Assembly (NCBI RefSeq): GCF_024521635.1
Contig: NW_026250445.1
Location: 124,001-162,305, forward strand
Length of the DNA stretch: 38,305 nt
Source: Tricharina praecox
Taxonomy: Eukaryota
Direction of reading: 5' to 3'
Position 1 is the first letter of the stretch, and the number at the start of each line of letters is the position of its first letter. The notes below the pieces were generated by a model. It made no database searches and had not been told where the DNA came from. It worked only from the letters and a program-made list of their open reading frames with translations. Below are positions 23,150 through 33,984 of this stretch, piece after piece. Both the position numbers and the translations under genes were made by a program.

Positions 23150-24446
23150 GATATGTGCTCTACTCTCCGGGGATGAGGATGGTGGGGATGGTGGTGGGGA
23201 TATGTAGCGGTGGGAATGGTGGGGTGGGGGTGGGGCGGAGGAGGGAACTCAACCAGCCAAACTCAATCAACGGATATTAACCAGCACAATATACACAATA
23301 TGGACGCAGCTGGACTGGGCGTCACTATCCATCATAGGTAGCATAGGTAGGTAGCGGAGTATCTACAGGCTACATATGTACAGTACATACCTCATGCTGT
23401 CACTGATCTGATCTGATCAGAACAGAACCCCTTCCCTCCCCGATTGAAACTGCTCGGCAGGCGTGCATGCCATGAGAATGTGACGGGGGAAGGGGGAGAG
23501 GAAGGGGAAGGGAAGCGTGGGGATGTGGGATGTGGGTTGTGGGATATATGTGGGATGTGGATGGCGATTGATGCCCGCCGCTGCCAGCCCCATCCCCGTG
23601 ACTGCTGGTGGTGGTGGTGGTTTCCCCTTGGACTTCCAAGAGGAAGGAGAAACGTATGGATCGGGTGTGGAGCTCTCCGAGGACCGTTCTTGGCCGTGGA
23701 GTGTAGGTACTCATACTGCCTACCTAGCATATATGCAAGTATCATACTCACTTACATAGAGACATGCTATACAGATCTCCTGTTCGCACGAGGGAGGGAT
23801 GGAGGGAGGGAGGGAGTGAAGCACAATGGCACGGGGCGGAAATTCGTATGTAACCATCATAGGTACATCGTATGTATCTAACTACACACCGAACCCAACC
23901 TACTCAACCCAACCTTCATACACAACCCACCCACCACAAGCTGAAGCCGAACTAACCATACGGTAGGTATGGTATGGTGTGAACCCTTGATCTTCATACA
24001 CACCTACACACTAGCTCTAGTAGATACGTGATTTCGCCAGCCGCCGCACACACGGTGTATTTGCAGGGAGGGCGCCTTTTCTTCTTCCTTTCCTCTCTTT
24101 TCTTTTTCTTTGAGTTTTTATTTTTCTCGTGATGCTCACGCACACTCTACTTTGGACTCTGGAGTCTGGAGGGATCATAACTACTAGAGGACTGGTAGAG
24201 TACTGGTAGCTCGGCCCCACTAGAGTGGCTGGCAGTGATGACAGTGACAGACAATTACCTACTTGGGTACTTAGTACTTGGTATGTATGATGGGTAGATA
24301 TGTCTGAGATGTATGTACGGAGAGTATGTACGTAGAGCATGTACTCGTACATGCGGTACCCAAGCACCGTAGTTATGCACCAACCCATCTGTTTCACGAC
24401 CGCCTTCGACACGAGCGGACGACAAGGCCGACTATGTATAGCATCT

Positions 24447-24510
24447 GGTTTATCCAAGGGTTTGTCCAAAGGTTTGTCCAAGGGGTTATCCACCAGGGTT
24501 TGTTCAACAA
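24447..24510 (+). repeat. 12-bp tandem repeat GGTTTRTCCAAR x~5
   Basis: GGTTTATCCAAG-GGTTTGTCCAAA-GGTTTGTCCAAG-GGGTTATCCACC-AGGGTTTGTTCAAC. Confidence 0.8.
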
Positions 24511-27500
24511 GGGTGCGTAGATGGATGAGTACCTATCGTGAGAAACACACGCGCCCCGCGCGGACGTCGGGGACATACCGTACTGTACCGCGAGAAGCAT
24601 ACTGCGAGAAACATACCCGTTGAACGGTGGGTGGAGCGGTGAGTCGGTGAGTCGGTCACTCGTGAGGTCTGTTCCGCCGGACTCCCCGGGCGTCGGCGGT
24701 CGATCTTAGAGGTATGGGCTCGGGCTTATCTAAGATATCGTATGTATCCCGAGCAGCCTAGGTATGCAGCCTGAGAATGCTCGCAGTTTGAGTACCTAGC
24801 CTTGTAGGCTCGCGGCCTGAGGCTTGAGTTCGTGTTTTTGGTAATGCTGCATGGCGGTACGGCGGCACTGTACTGGTGTACCGGTGTACTAGGTGCTTAC
24901 TCTATACAGGTGTACCGGTTGGAAGGCTTGGAGATGGAGATGGAGTGTGTGTTCCAGACGGCGACGGGGACGGTGACAGTGATGAGAAGTAGCTGTACTG
25001 GCGTGTACCGTACTGTATGGAGTGTAAGTACCGTACTGTATGGTGCGAGAGGTAGGTATGGTATGGTATGGTACGGTACACGGGTACTTGGGACCTAGGT
25101 TCTCCGGTATGCAAGCAGGAAGTTACTCGCCCGACCCGCCCCAGCCCTCAGCCCTCAGCCCTCAGCCCTTAACTAGCCCTCAGCCCCCGGCCACACTGAT
25201 TTCACTATATGGTGCTATGGTACTATGATACCTATTATGATACTACATACGATACTACATATATACGATACTATGATAGGTACTATGATACTATGATACA
25301 ATAGATTGCACGATAACCAACACTTACATACCTAGGTACTACCTACCCACATAAATATGTCCGATCCGTCCATCCACTGCCTACCCCAGTTCTGGCTGCA
25401 GTTTTTGGCACCCATCACATCTCACCTTCTCTGGAGTCTCCGGAGTCTGTTTGTTTGACCGGTAGATATGTAGAGTACATACCGTAGTACGGCCAGTCAT
25501 CGTGTCAGCAAGTACTCTACGAACCTTAGAGAGTAGAGTAGAGTACATATAGTATTAGTGGTCCTCAATGCCTGCTGAGAGTATCTAGTGTACATAGAGG
25601 ACCAGGTATGCAGTGAATCCTCCCCAGGTACTCTACTCCCCCGGGTGCTCCCCGGGCCCTCGTAATGCCGCAACACGGCGGTGTTTCGTCCGATGCTGTA
25701 ACTAGTGGGGCCGGCGGTCAACCCATTTCCACCCGGTCTGCCGGTCAGTTGTGTGACTCCGTCCGATGTTTTGTAATGGGCGGTGGGCAGTGCGCGGTGG
25801 GCGCGCGCCGGGGATATGGCACAGGTGTAGGTACATGGTACGTAAAGAGACATGTGTGCACCCACTCACACTCACGTAGGTATGCGGTGGGGGGCACGTA
25901 TGAGTTACTGTAGCTATATGTACTCCAAATACGAGCGGGCTCGGGCTCGGGCTCAGCACATCCGCCGCGTAAGATCAAGAGCATATTCCGAGACAGATAC
26001 GGGAACATCATACAAGTCGGTACAAGGCCCTAAAGCCTACACCCGATGCCGGGCCGATGTGGTTCTCGACTCTCCAGCCAATAGCGAGCGCGCTGGCCGC
26101 TGACCGTTGGGGCCATGGGCTGACCGCTGACCGCTGACCGCTGACCTCTGACCGCTGGATCGTTCCGAGCAGCGAGGACCGCATCGTCGGGAGCTCACGG
26201 GTACGGGATATACGTACGGGACATCTGTGCCACGGCCACCCCACCACCACCGCCCCACCACCACTACCGTCTACCACCCGGTCCGGCCGGGGCTCGTAAT
26301 CCGCCGCCGCCGCCGTCCTCGTCGATGCGCGATACTCGACATGTCCACATACATATGTCCACATATGTACATACGCACATGCATAACTACCCGGGTCCCT
26401 GTATGCTCGCTGCTGCTGCTGCTCCTGGTGATGCAGACAGCTTGGATGACATTGAAATTGACATTGACATTGACAGCTGGTTGGCAGCTGGCTGGCAGGC
26501 GTGGTTACGTTCCTCGGGCATACAAAACAGACCCACATGGTAGATTATCAAGTACCCACCTGCCTACCTGCCTAGGTTACAGGTATGCAGTTACAGGTAT
26601 GCAGTTACAGGTATGCAGTTGCAGTTATGCAGTGACGCTATGCGGATAATAACGACTGTCGTCAGGAAAATGGGGCTTCGTATTATGTAGTTCGTCACCC
26701 CCTTCCCCGGGGGTGAGAGTGGCAGAGGGAGAGCGATATGCATCGGAGCGAAGGACGATTGCTTGCCGTGCGTACCGAGCTCACGGGAACCCCGGCGGCG
26801 GCGGGGGCGGCGGGCACGCTGATTGGCGGTGCGAGGGGACTCAGGGAGGAGCGGATCGGACCAAACTGACCAGTCGGTCAGCATGTTACATGTACTCTAC
26901 GCTCGCGCTGCAGGGTGGAGGGTGCCACTGTCATGTTTCTGTATGCGGACGGGAGTGCATGTAGATTTTCCCATTGGGGGGCTGCGCAGTGCGGCTGGTG
27001 CAGAATAGGCCTTTGGCTATTTCGAGTCGTCCCTACTTACAGCTTACAGGCTTAGGGCTACCTACCTTTCGATGTTTCGCTCTGTCTCTGTTGGGCTGGC
27101 CTTGCTTGAGGCTTCCTCCACTGCTGGGTATGAAAGGTACTCTACACGCCAGGCCAAGCCAATCTATCTCCAGGCAACCGCCCCCCCGCCCCGCCCCCCC
27201 CCCTCCCCTCCACCACCGCCACCATGTGCTGCTATGTGTGAACTGGGCTGCTATGTATGAACTGTGAAGCAGGCCATCGTCGTTCGCCTCCGTTCTCTTG
27301 CTAGGCAGAGAGGTAGGGTACAGCCGTACCGCATCGCAGATGTTGCCGTTATGCCAGCCAGTTCGCAGCCAGCCAGTTCGCTCCATCACCAATCGATGGA
27401 GGCGTCAATTGGTTGAGCTGAGCAGCGCATCCGGAACACGAGAAAAGGCCTCCAGAGTCACCATCATCGCTACGGTCGGTCGGTCGGTCAGTCAGTGGTC

Positions 27501-28224
27501 TCGTTTCGATGGGGATAATTGCTCTAGTTAACTTTATTGGTGACCTGTCGGTGCCAGTGTCTTTACGAGTCTTTTTCTTTTCCTCTTCTTTGCTTTTTCC
27601 CCCACTACCCACCCCGCTGGGTTACGCCGCCATCCATACTTCCGCGTCGCATTATCCTCTGCTATCGCGACAACCTCGTCTCGCCTCTGGCCCTCGTCTC
27701 GCTCGCTCGGTCGGAGTCGTGAACCGGTAGTGTTCCGGTTGGAACTTTAGTCACACCCACCCACCCTGCGTGCTGCTCGTTCTGTCGTTCGTTCGTTCTC
27801 TCGCTCGCTCCTGCGCCTGGTGCTAGTCCTGGTCCTGGTCCTGGTGCTAGTCCTGGTCCTGGTCCTGCTGCCGCCGCCGCTGCTGATGGGTGTGCGACTG
27901 GAACTGTGCTGCAGGAAGCACATCACACACCCACACGCTGCTCACGCTTTCACTCACACTCGCTCTCACTTCGCATGCTCTCTCACACACACATCACTGT
28001 CACCTCCGCTGCCTGCCTACTCTTGCCTGCCTGCCTGCCCACGCACGGCCCACCCCTGCTGGGAATCGCGCACTTCGCCCACACGGCGGTGGGATACCCA
28101 GAAGGCCAGGGCAGCAAGCAGGCCAGCCAGCCCGCCAGCCAGCGAGAGTACCGACTCGCTGCTCGCTGCTCTGCTCTGCTCTAGCTACGGCCACAAAGTG
28201 ACCAACCACCCGCCACTGATCACA

Positions 28225-28336
28225 CTGCTCTGCTGCGTGCTCTGCTGCTGCTCTGCTCTGTGCTGCTCTGCTGCTGCTCTGCTGCTGCTCTGCTCTGTGC
28301 TGCTCTGCTCTGTGCTGCTCTGCTGCTCTGTGCTGC
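28225..28336 (+). repeat. CTG/CTCTG compound microsatellite in the amdX promoter or 5' leader
   Basis: A-free run of about 110 nt made of CTGCT, CTCTG and GTG units. Confidence 0.9.
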
Positions 28337-29360
28337 CCTACCCATTCAGCTCTACCCGTTCTGCCGATACTTACGTGCACCTCCTACCTCCCACCCACAT
28401 ACATCGTGCTTCCCCCACCATCAAGACCACTACCCCCCCCGTCCTCCCAGAATCCTCTCTTCCTCCCCGTCTTCGCGCGGCCATTCTTGCCCTACTCGAC
28501 CTGTTTATCCACGGCCGTTTCGGAGTACCCGGAATCGGTCTTCCTTCTCGGACACCTTCCCACCCTCCCCCCACCACGGTCCATATCGAGCAATCATCCG
28601 AACCAGGCAGTATCGAGCATCGCCCGTTGTACCCGTACGCACGCACGTAGCAGCAACAACAGCCGCACCGAAAAGTCCAAGATCCCCCCCCCTCCATCCA
28701 TCCAATTCGCCCCACCACCCCTCCTTCAGGCCGCCCTGTAAAATAGGTCGAGTCGAGAACGCCGCGGCCGCACCGTAAAAACGCACAACCTCCATACCCA
28801 CCACCACCACTACCTCCACCACCTACACCTACACCTACACTACCTCCACCACCACCTCCGCCATCACCCCATAGTCCATCGACGGACAGAAACGATCGAA
28901 ACGTATCTCCACGAAACAAAAGAGAAGAGAATAGAAGAAAAGAAAAAGAAGGAAAGAAACCCCAAAGAAGGAAAGAAACGACGAAGAAGAAGAAGAAGAA
29001 GAAGAAGAAAAAAAAAAAAGCGAAGAAAAACGAAAGAAAAAATCTCCCCTTCTCGCAGACATCTAAAAGACGACCGGTCGCATCCAAACTACTACTACCT
29101 ACCGCTCCCTCCGCATTTTCTTCTTCCCCACGAGTTAGATATACCCGCCACTCCCTCAGCCAAAATCTCTCGAGTCCTTCTTCGTTCGGGATCGCCAACG
29201 GGGTGTGATCTTCAGAAACTCCCGCTTCCTTCGGCGTATCTCTCCCACACACACGCAGCTGACCGAACTGGTCCGTCGAAAACCACGTCGGTGATATCCT
29301 GGACCTGATCCCTGGTGCTCACTATTCGCCTCCCCGGTTTATAAAGAAGTTTTCGCCTAC

Positions 29361-29568
29361 GTGAGTCCATCCGTGTTTCTTCCTCGTATGCCCCGCCCCA
29401 CTCCGAGAATACCCACCCTCCATCTCGCACGATTCCAACGATTCCAACGATTCCAACGATCGAAAACGAGCATCGCAATCCTTTCCTTACCGGCAAGTGT
29501 CAGCCATCAATCTTTGGCTCTCGGTTCGTAGCGGGTTCCTTGAAGCTAATTGTCATAACTGTCCGCAG
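29361..29568 (+). promoter_or_regulatory. Predicted 5'UTR intron of the amdX-like gene, with a distal GT donor and an alternative proximal GC donor
   Basis: GTGAGT at 29361; G|GCAAGT at 29493; branch GCTAAT at 29545-29550; acceptor CGCAG ending at 29568. The branch context TGAAGCTAATTG is identical to that of coding intron 1 (30346-30357). Confidence 0.6.
29388..29531 (+). other. Candidate uORF (47 aa unspliced, MPRPTPRIPTLHLARFQRFQRFQRSKTS...; 39 aa if the GC donor is used)
   Basis: The only ATG between 27978 and 29949. Stop is TAG at 29529-29531, or TAA at 29581-29583 after GC-AG splicing. Confidence 0.4.
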
Positions 29569-29949
29569 AAACCCAGAGTATAATCCACAAAGTTACGACC
29601 GCCCCGATTACGACTGCCTCTCCGTGTGTGTGCGTTTGCGTGTGTGCGCTCTACATCGGATACCGGCTTTCTAGGTCCTTTTTCTTTTCTTTTTTGGACA
29701 CGCGACGATCCTACGGCTTCACTTGATATTCCTCGAGTCATCGCTCTCTATTTCTCCGCCGCATTCCTTCGTCGTGACCGATAAAGATACCCGTTCCTCG
29801 CAGCCCTGGCCATTTGTCGTCGGTGACGATTACTCCCAATCCTTCCTCTCTCGCTCTCGGCAACTTGCTCCTCGAGTATCAAGTTTGGATTCGTCGACGG
29901 ACCGTGCTTGAAACTCGACTCATCTCGCGCGCCCATTCAACCCATCAGA

Positions 29950-30123
29950 ATGGTCACGGAAACCCTCAGTGCGCAGCCGCAGACTGCTCAGGACAGTGCT
30001 CCCATGACCGGTACCCACGCTCAGGCAGCGACCGCGAATGGTACGTGTTTTGTCCGTTCTTTCCGATGGCTGCCGATGGAAATGCAACCGCCCGCTCCGG
30101 GCGGAGAGATTGGGTGGGAACGG

Positions 30124-30154
<31 letters not shown>

Positions 30155-33100
30155 GGGGGGGGGGGGGGGGGGAGCGAGAGAGAGGGAGCGAGAGAGGAAG
30201 CGAGAGGAAGCGAGCGGTAGAACACGCCTTCGCTTCTTCCCTGCCAGATACCCTCTTGCGTTCCTATTCCTTCCCGCAATTCCCTCACCCCCACCGTGCC
30301 GATAAGGCTCCGTTACCATAGAGAGGAGTGTGTCCGCCATCGAGCTGAAGCTAATTGGGATCTCAGTTGGCTCGCAATCGCCAGGTGCTAAACCGCAGCC
30401 CCCTCCCAAGACGGACAAGCCGAGACCACACGTCTGCCAGACATGCCAGCGCTCATTCGCTCGTTTGGAGCATCTCAAGCGTCACGAACGCTCGCACACA
30501 AAGGAGAAACCATTCGAGTGCCCGGAATGCACGAGATGCTTCGCCCGGCGCGACCTCCTCCTGCGTCACCAGCAGAAGCTCCACATGACGGCTACCCCCA
30601 GTAGCCGCCCAAGAGCGGGTTCCCGCAGGGAGAGCACCAGCTCAGTCGCCACCACCACCAGCACCGGCAGGGTCCGCAAGAACTCGATGTCGAACGCCAC
30701 CACCACTCCCGTCAGCAACGGCGATGGCGGAGCGTCCACCATGCGCGCCCGGCCGCGAGCAAACACCATCGCTCACATCGATTCGTCTACTCTAGGTATG
30801 ATTGCGAATTCGGGGAGTATGAGTTTGAATCAGGCAGGGAGGGGTGGTCCTGGCAGAGGCGGCCCGGGTGTTGCAAACATGGGTATTGGAAGTTTCGGTT
30901 CCTCAAGTCACCATGGTGAATCCAAGTAGGTTTTAATGAATTACGACAATTATGTACTGCTTGAGCTTACGAAGTGAAATCGCAGCCTGCCAAAGATTGA
31001 TACCTCCATTTCATCGTTAGATCTAGGTGGAATGATGCCCCGCTCAGCCGGCATGCTGTCGACCTTTGACGATCTTGAAGGCTTCCTGTTTGGTAACACG
31101 GTCAACCCCGCGGCGCTGCACTTCAACATGTCGCCACTGCACCAGCCGATTGGTTCGCCGACGTCGCCGTTTGGACATTCCTATTCCGGCGTTGATAGCA
31201 CTTACTACTCGGTCGACGACGGTGATGATGACTCGGAGTGGATGCACATGCTGGGACAGGGCATGATGGCCGAGCCCGTTGACCAGTCGTCGCCGAGTGC
31301 CTTCAGCACGACGTCGGGCGGTGCCATCAGCGAAGTAGTCCTCAGCGAGCCCATGTGGCAGACACACCACAGTGGCATGCCGTTTTCCGATTTTAGAACG
31401 CCGAACTTCAATGATACCCCACCGCCTGGTACCTTCCCATCATACAATTCATTAGTATATTCTCGTGTAGATATCTAATGACGTATCTTGAAAACTCCCA
31501 GATCCGTTGTCCGTTGAACCGTCCGCGATGCACCAACTCTTTTCCTCTCAGTACGCGAGCACGCCCACTGACGGTCCGACATCGGGATCGATGCCACCGA
31601 TGGGCGGCAACAACAACCATAACAACCACAGCCACCATAATAGTAATAACAACAGCAGCAGCAGCAATAGCAGCAGCAGCAACAGCATCAACCTAATCCG
31701 CCAACTCTCGGCGGCGGCGGAGTCGGTCACGGATGCCACACGCACCGCCCTGGCCACCACCTTGGTACAGAACTCGGGGTTCGGAGTCGGGGGCCACGGC
31801 CACGGCCACGGTCACAGTCACGGCAGACGGCAGTCGCTCAGTGCCCAGTCACTGAATCCCAATTTCCCAAAGCAAGGCATCAACCTTCCTCACACGAAGG
31901 AACTCCAGCGATACGTTGATGCATACATCCGATTCTTCCACCCGCACCTCCCCTTCCTTCACCTTCCCACCTTGCGCTTCGACCCGTCGTACAGCAGCGG
32001 TCAGCACTCGAACGGAAGGGAGTTCCTCGTGCTCTCCATCGCCGCGGTTGGCGCGCTCTACGAGTTTGAGCCACAGGCGGCCGGCGAGCTCTTTGAGGCG
32101 GCGAAGAAGACGGTCGAAATATTTATTGAGGAACGGCGGAAGGCGGCGGTTAGCGCGGCCACCAATGGACTGCACAGCTCGAGCTCCGGAACCGATACGC
32201 CCGTCTGGCTCGTTCAGGCGATGCTCCTCAATGTCATCTTCGGACTTCAGTGCGGCGATCGCATGGCCGGAGAAGTCGCCCAGAGCCACGTGTCGACCCT
32301 GGTCCAGCTGGCGAGAGCCGCTAGCTTGACACGGCCGGCGCCTTTGCCGACCGCGAACTCCTACCAACATCAGCATCAGCACCAGCATCAGCACCACCAG
32401 CACCAGCAGCAGGATGATACGGACATCCAGATGGCGGATCTCGAGTTGTCGCCGTTCGGTGGAAGCATGGGTAGCGATGGATGGTCCGGGCTGGGAATCA
32501 AGGTGGAGGCGGATGACAGCGTGGAGTGGTCCAATTGGATTCTGGCGGAGGAGAGGAAGAGGACTCTGTTCGCCGTTCACTTCCTGTCCAGTCTTCTCGT
32601 CGCGGCTCACAACCAGGACCCGAAGCTGGTCAACAACGAGATCCGTCTGGACCTGCCGTGCAGCGAGGAGTTCTGGACCGCGCCGACCGCAAACGCGTGG
32701 AGCCAGAAGGGAGGATACATGGCGGCCACTCAGAGCTCGCCAAACTTTGCCGCTGCTCTCAATGGCCTCCTGTCGGCCGGACAACAGCAGCAGCAGCAGC
32801 AGCAGTACGGTTCGACGAATTCCTTCCAGCATTTCTCGAATGGCCACCAAGGCGGAATCCAGCCCTACCCACCGCCGGGGGTCGTGCCGAGCACCTTTGG
32901 ATGTCTCGTCTTGATCTGCGCTCTCCACGTGTACATCTGGGAGACCAGACAGAGCAATCAGGCACGACACTGGACTTCGACCGAAGCCGAGAACATGCAC
33001 GCGCACATCGAGCCCGGACTGAAGGCATGGCAGTCGGCGTGGTATCTGACCCCGCACCACAGCATCGAGCGACCGAACCCGTTCAATATGGGTACCCTTT

Positions 33101-33984
33101 CCGCCGACTGCATCCCGCTCCTCGATCTTGCGTACATCCGTCTGTTCGTCGACCTCGGAAGGGCAAAGGAGTTTTTCTGGGCCCGCGACTACGAGGGCAT
33201 GGCCGATGAGATTGCCAAGGGCTGGGAGAATGGCCAGAGCACGCCCATATCTTCGGCGTCGTCCATCTCGGCACGGTCCGACTCGTCCTTCTCGAACGCC
33301 ATCTCTCCCCCGTCCTCTCCCGGGTCGGCTTCGCCGTCGCCCAACCTCGGACCCATCAAGATGGAGCCCGAGATTCCCCGATACAGCGATTCTTCCCTCC
33401 TCCACATGCTGCCCTCCACCAACTACAACACGAACCTCGGTGGTGCGTACTCGAGACGGGAGAAGCACCTGCGCAGAGCCGCCTTTTACGCTGCGGATTC
33501 TCTCGCCATGTCGGACACGCTGTGCACGTCCAAGACGACATCGTACGCTGCGAGCCAGGAGCTGTGCCGCGAGCTACCGATCCAGTCGGCACTGTGCACA
33601 TTCGATTGCGCCCAGGTCCTAGCCGAGTGGATCGCGACGGTGCAGATGCGAGTCGCGCCGTACATGGGACTCATGACGACGGAGCACTGCGACCTGGACA
33701 GCCTTGAGGCGTTGATGATCTTGGAGACCGAGGACCGCAAGTTGCTCGGCAAGGTCAGGGACATGCTGCAGACGGCAGAGTCGAAGGTTTCCATGGAACA
33801 GCCGCGGACGGACCACCCATTCGTCCTCAACAGCGGCCTCGGTCCTACTGTGCTGCGGGTGAGTGCGTATCTGCTCGAGCAAGCGGTCGTATGGCCTGCT
33901 ACTCGGCTCATGGCGCAAGCACTCCGCGCACACGCAGACCACATGGATACCCGAACTCGGAGCGTGCTGCCACTCCAGAACTGA
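29950..33984 (+). CDS. amdX: C2H2 zinc-finger + fungal-specific TF domain transcription factor, AmdX/Adr1-Tda9 family, ~1191 aa, 4 exons
   Basis: Exons 29950-30040, 30367-30925, 30986-31428, 31502-33984 (3576 nt, phases 1/2/1 consistent; donors GTACGT, GTAGGT, GTACCT). The two fingers KTDKPRPHVCQTCQRSFARLEHLKRHERSHTKEKPFECPECTRCFARRDLLLRHQQKLH match the AmdX DNA-binding domain as I recall it. RPRANTI and LPKIDT motifs; Fungal_trans-type region (YIRFFHPHLPFLHLPT, WLVQAMLLNV, EERKRTLF, LPCSEEFW). Confidence 0.9.

Noticed and set aside
22289..24828. Weak inverted similarity between CTCAAGCCTCA (22289) and TGAGGCTTGAG (~24818)
   Set aside because: Only ~11 bp match exactly, which is insufficient to call TIRs.
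10445..27730. Many 60-220-aa ORFs across the desert
   Set aside because: Overlapping in all frames, repeat-derived composition, and no domains or consistent splice structure.
27820..29252. 276-aa (+) and 293-aa (-) ORFs
   Set aside because: Non-ATG starts and microsatellite-derived low-complexity translations within the predicted promoter and leader.
29281..29330. ACCTGATCC resembling part of a TPP riboswitch
   Set aside because: Lacks the CTGAGA motif and the TAATNCCAGCGNAGG-type continuation.
31849..33468. 539-aa minus-strand ORF
   Set aside because: Antisense shadow of the GC3-biased amdX exon 4, with no recognisable motifs.
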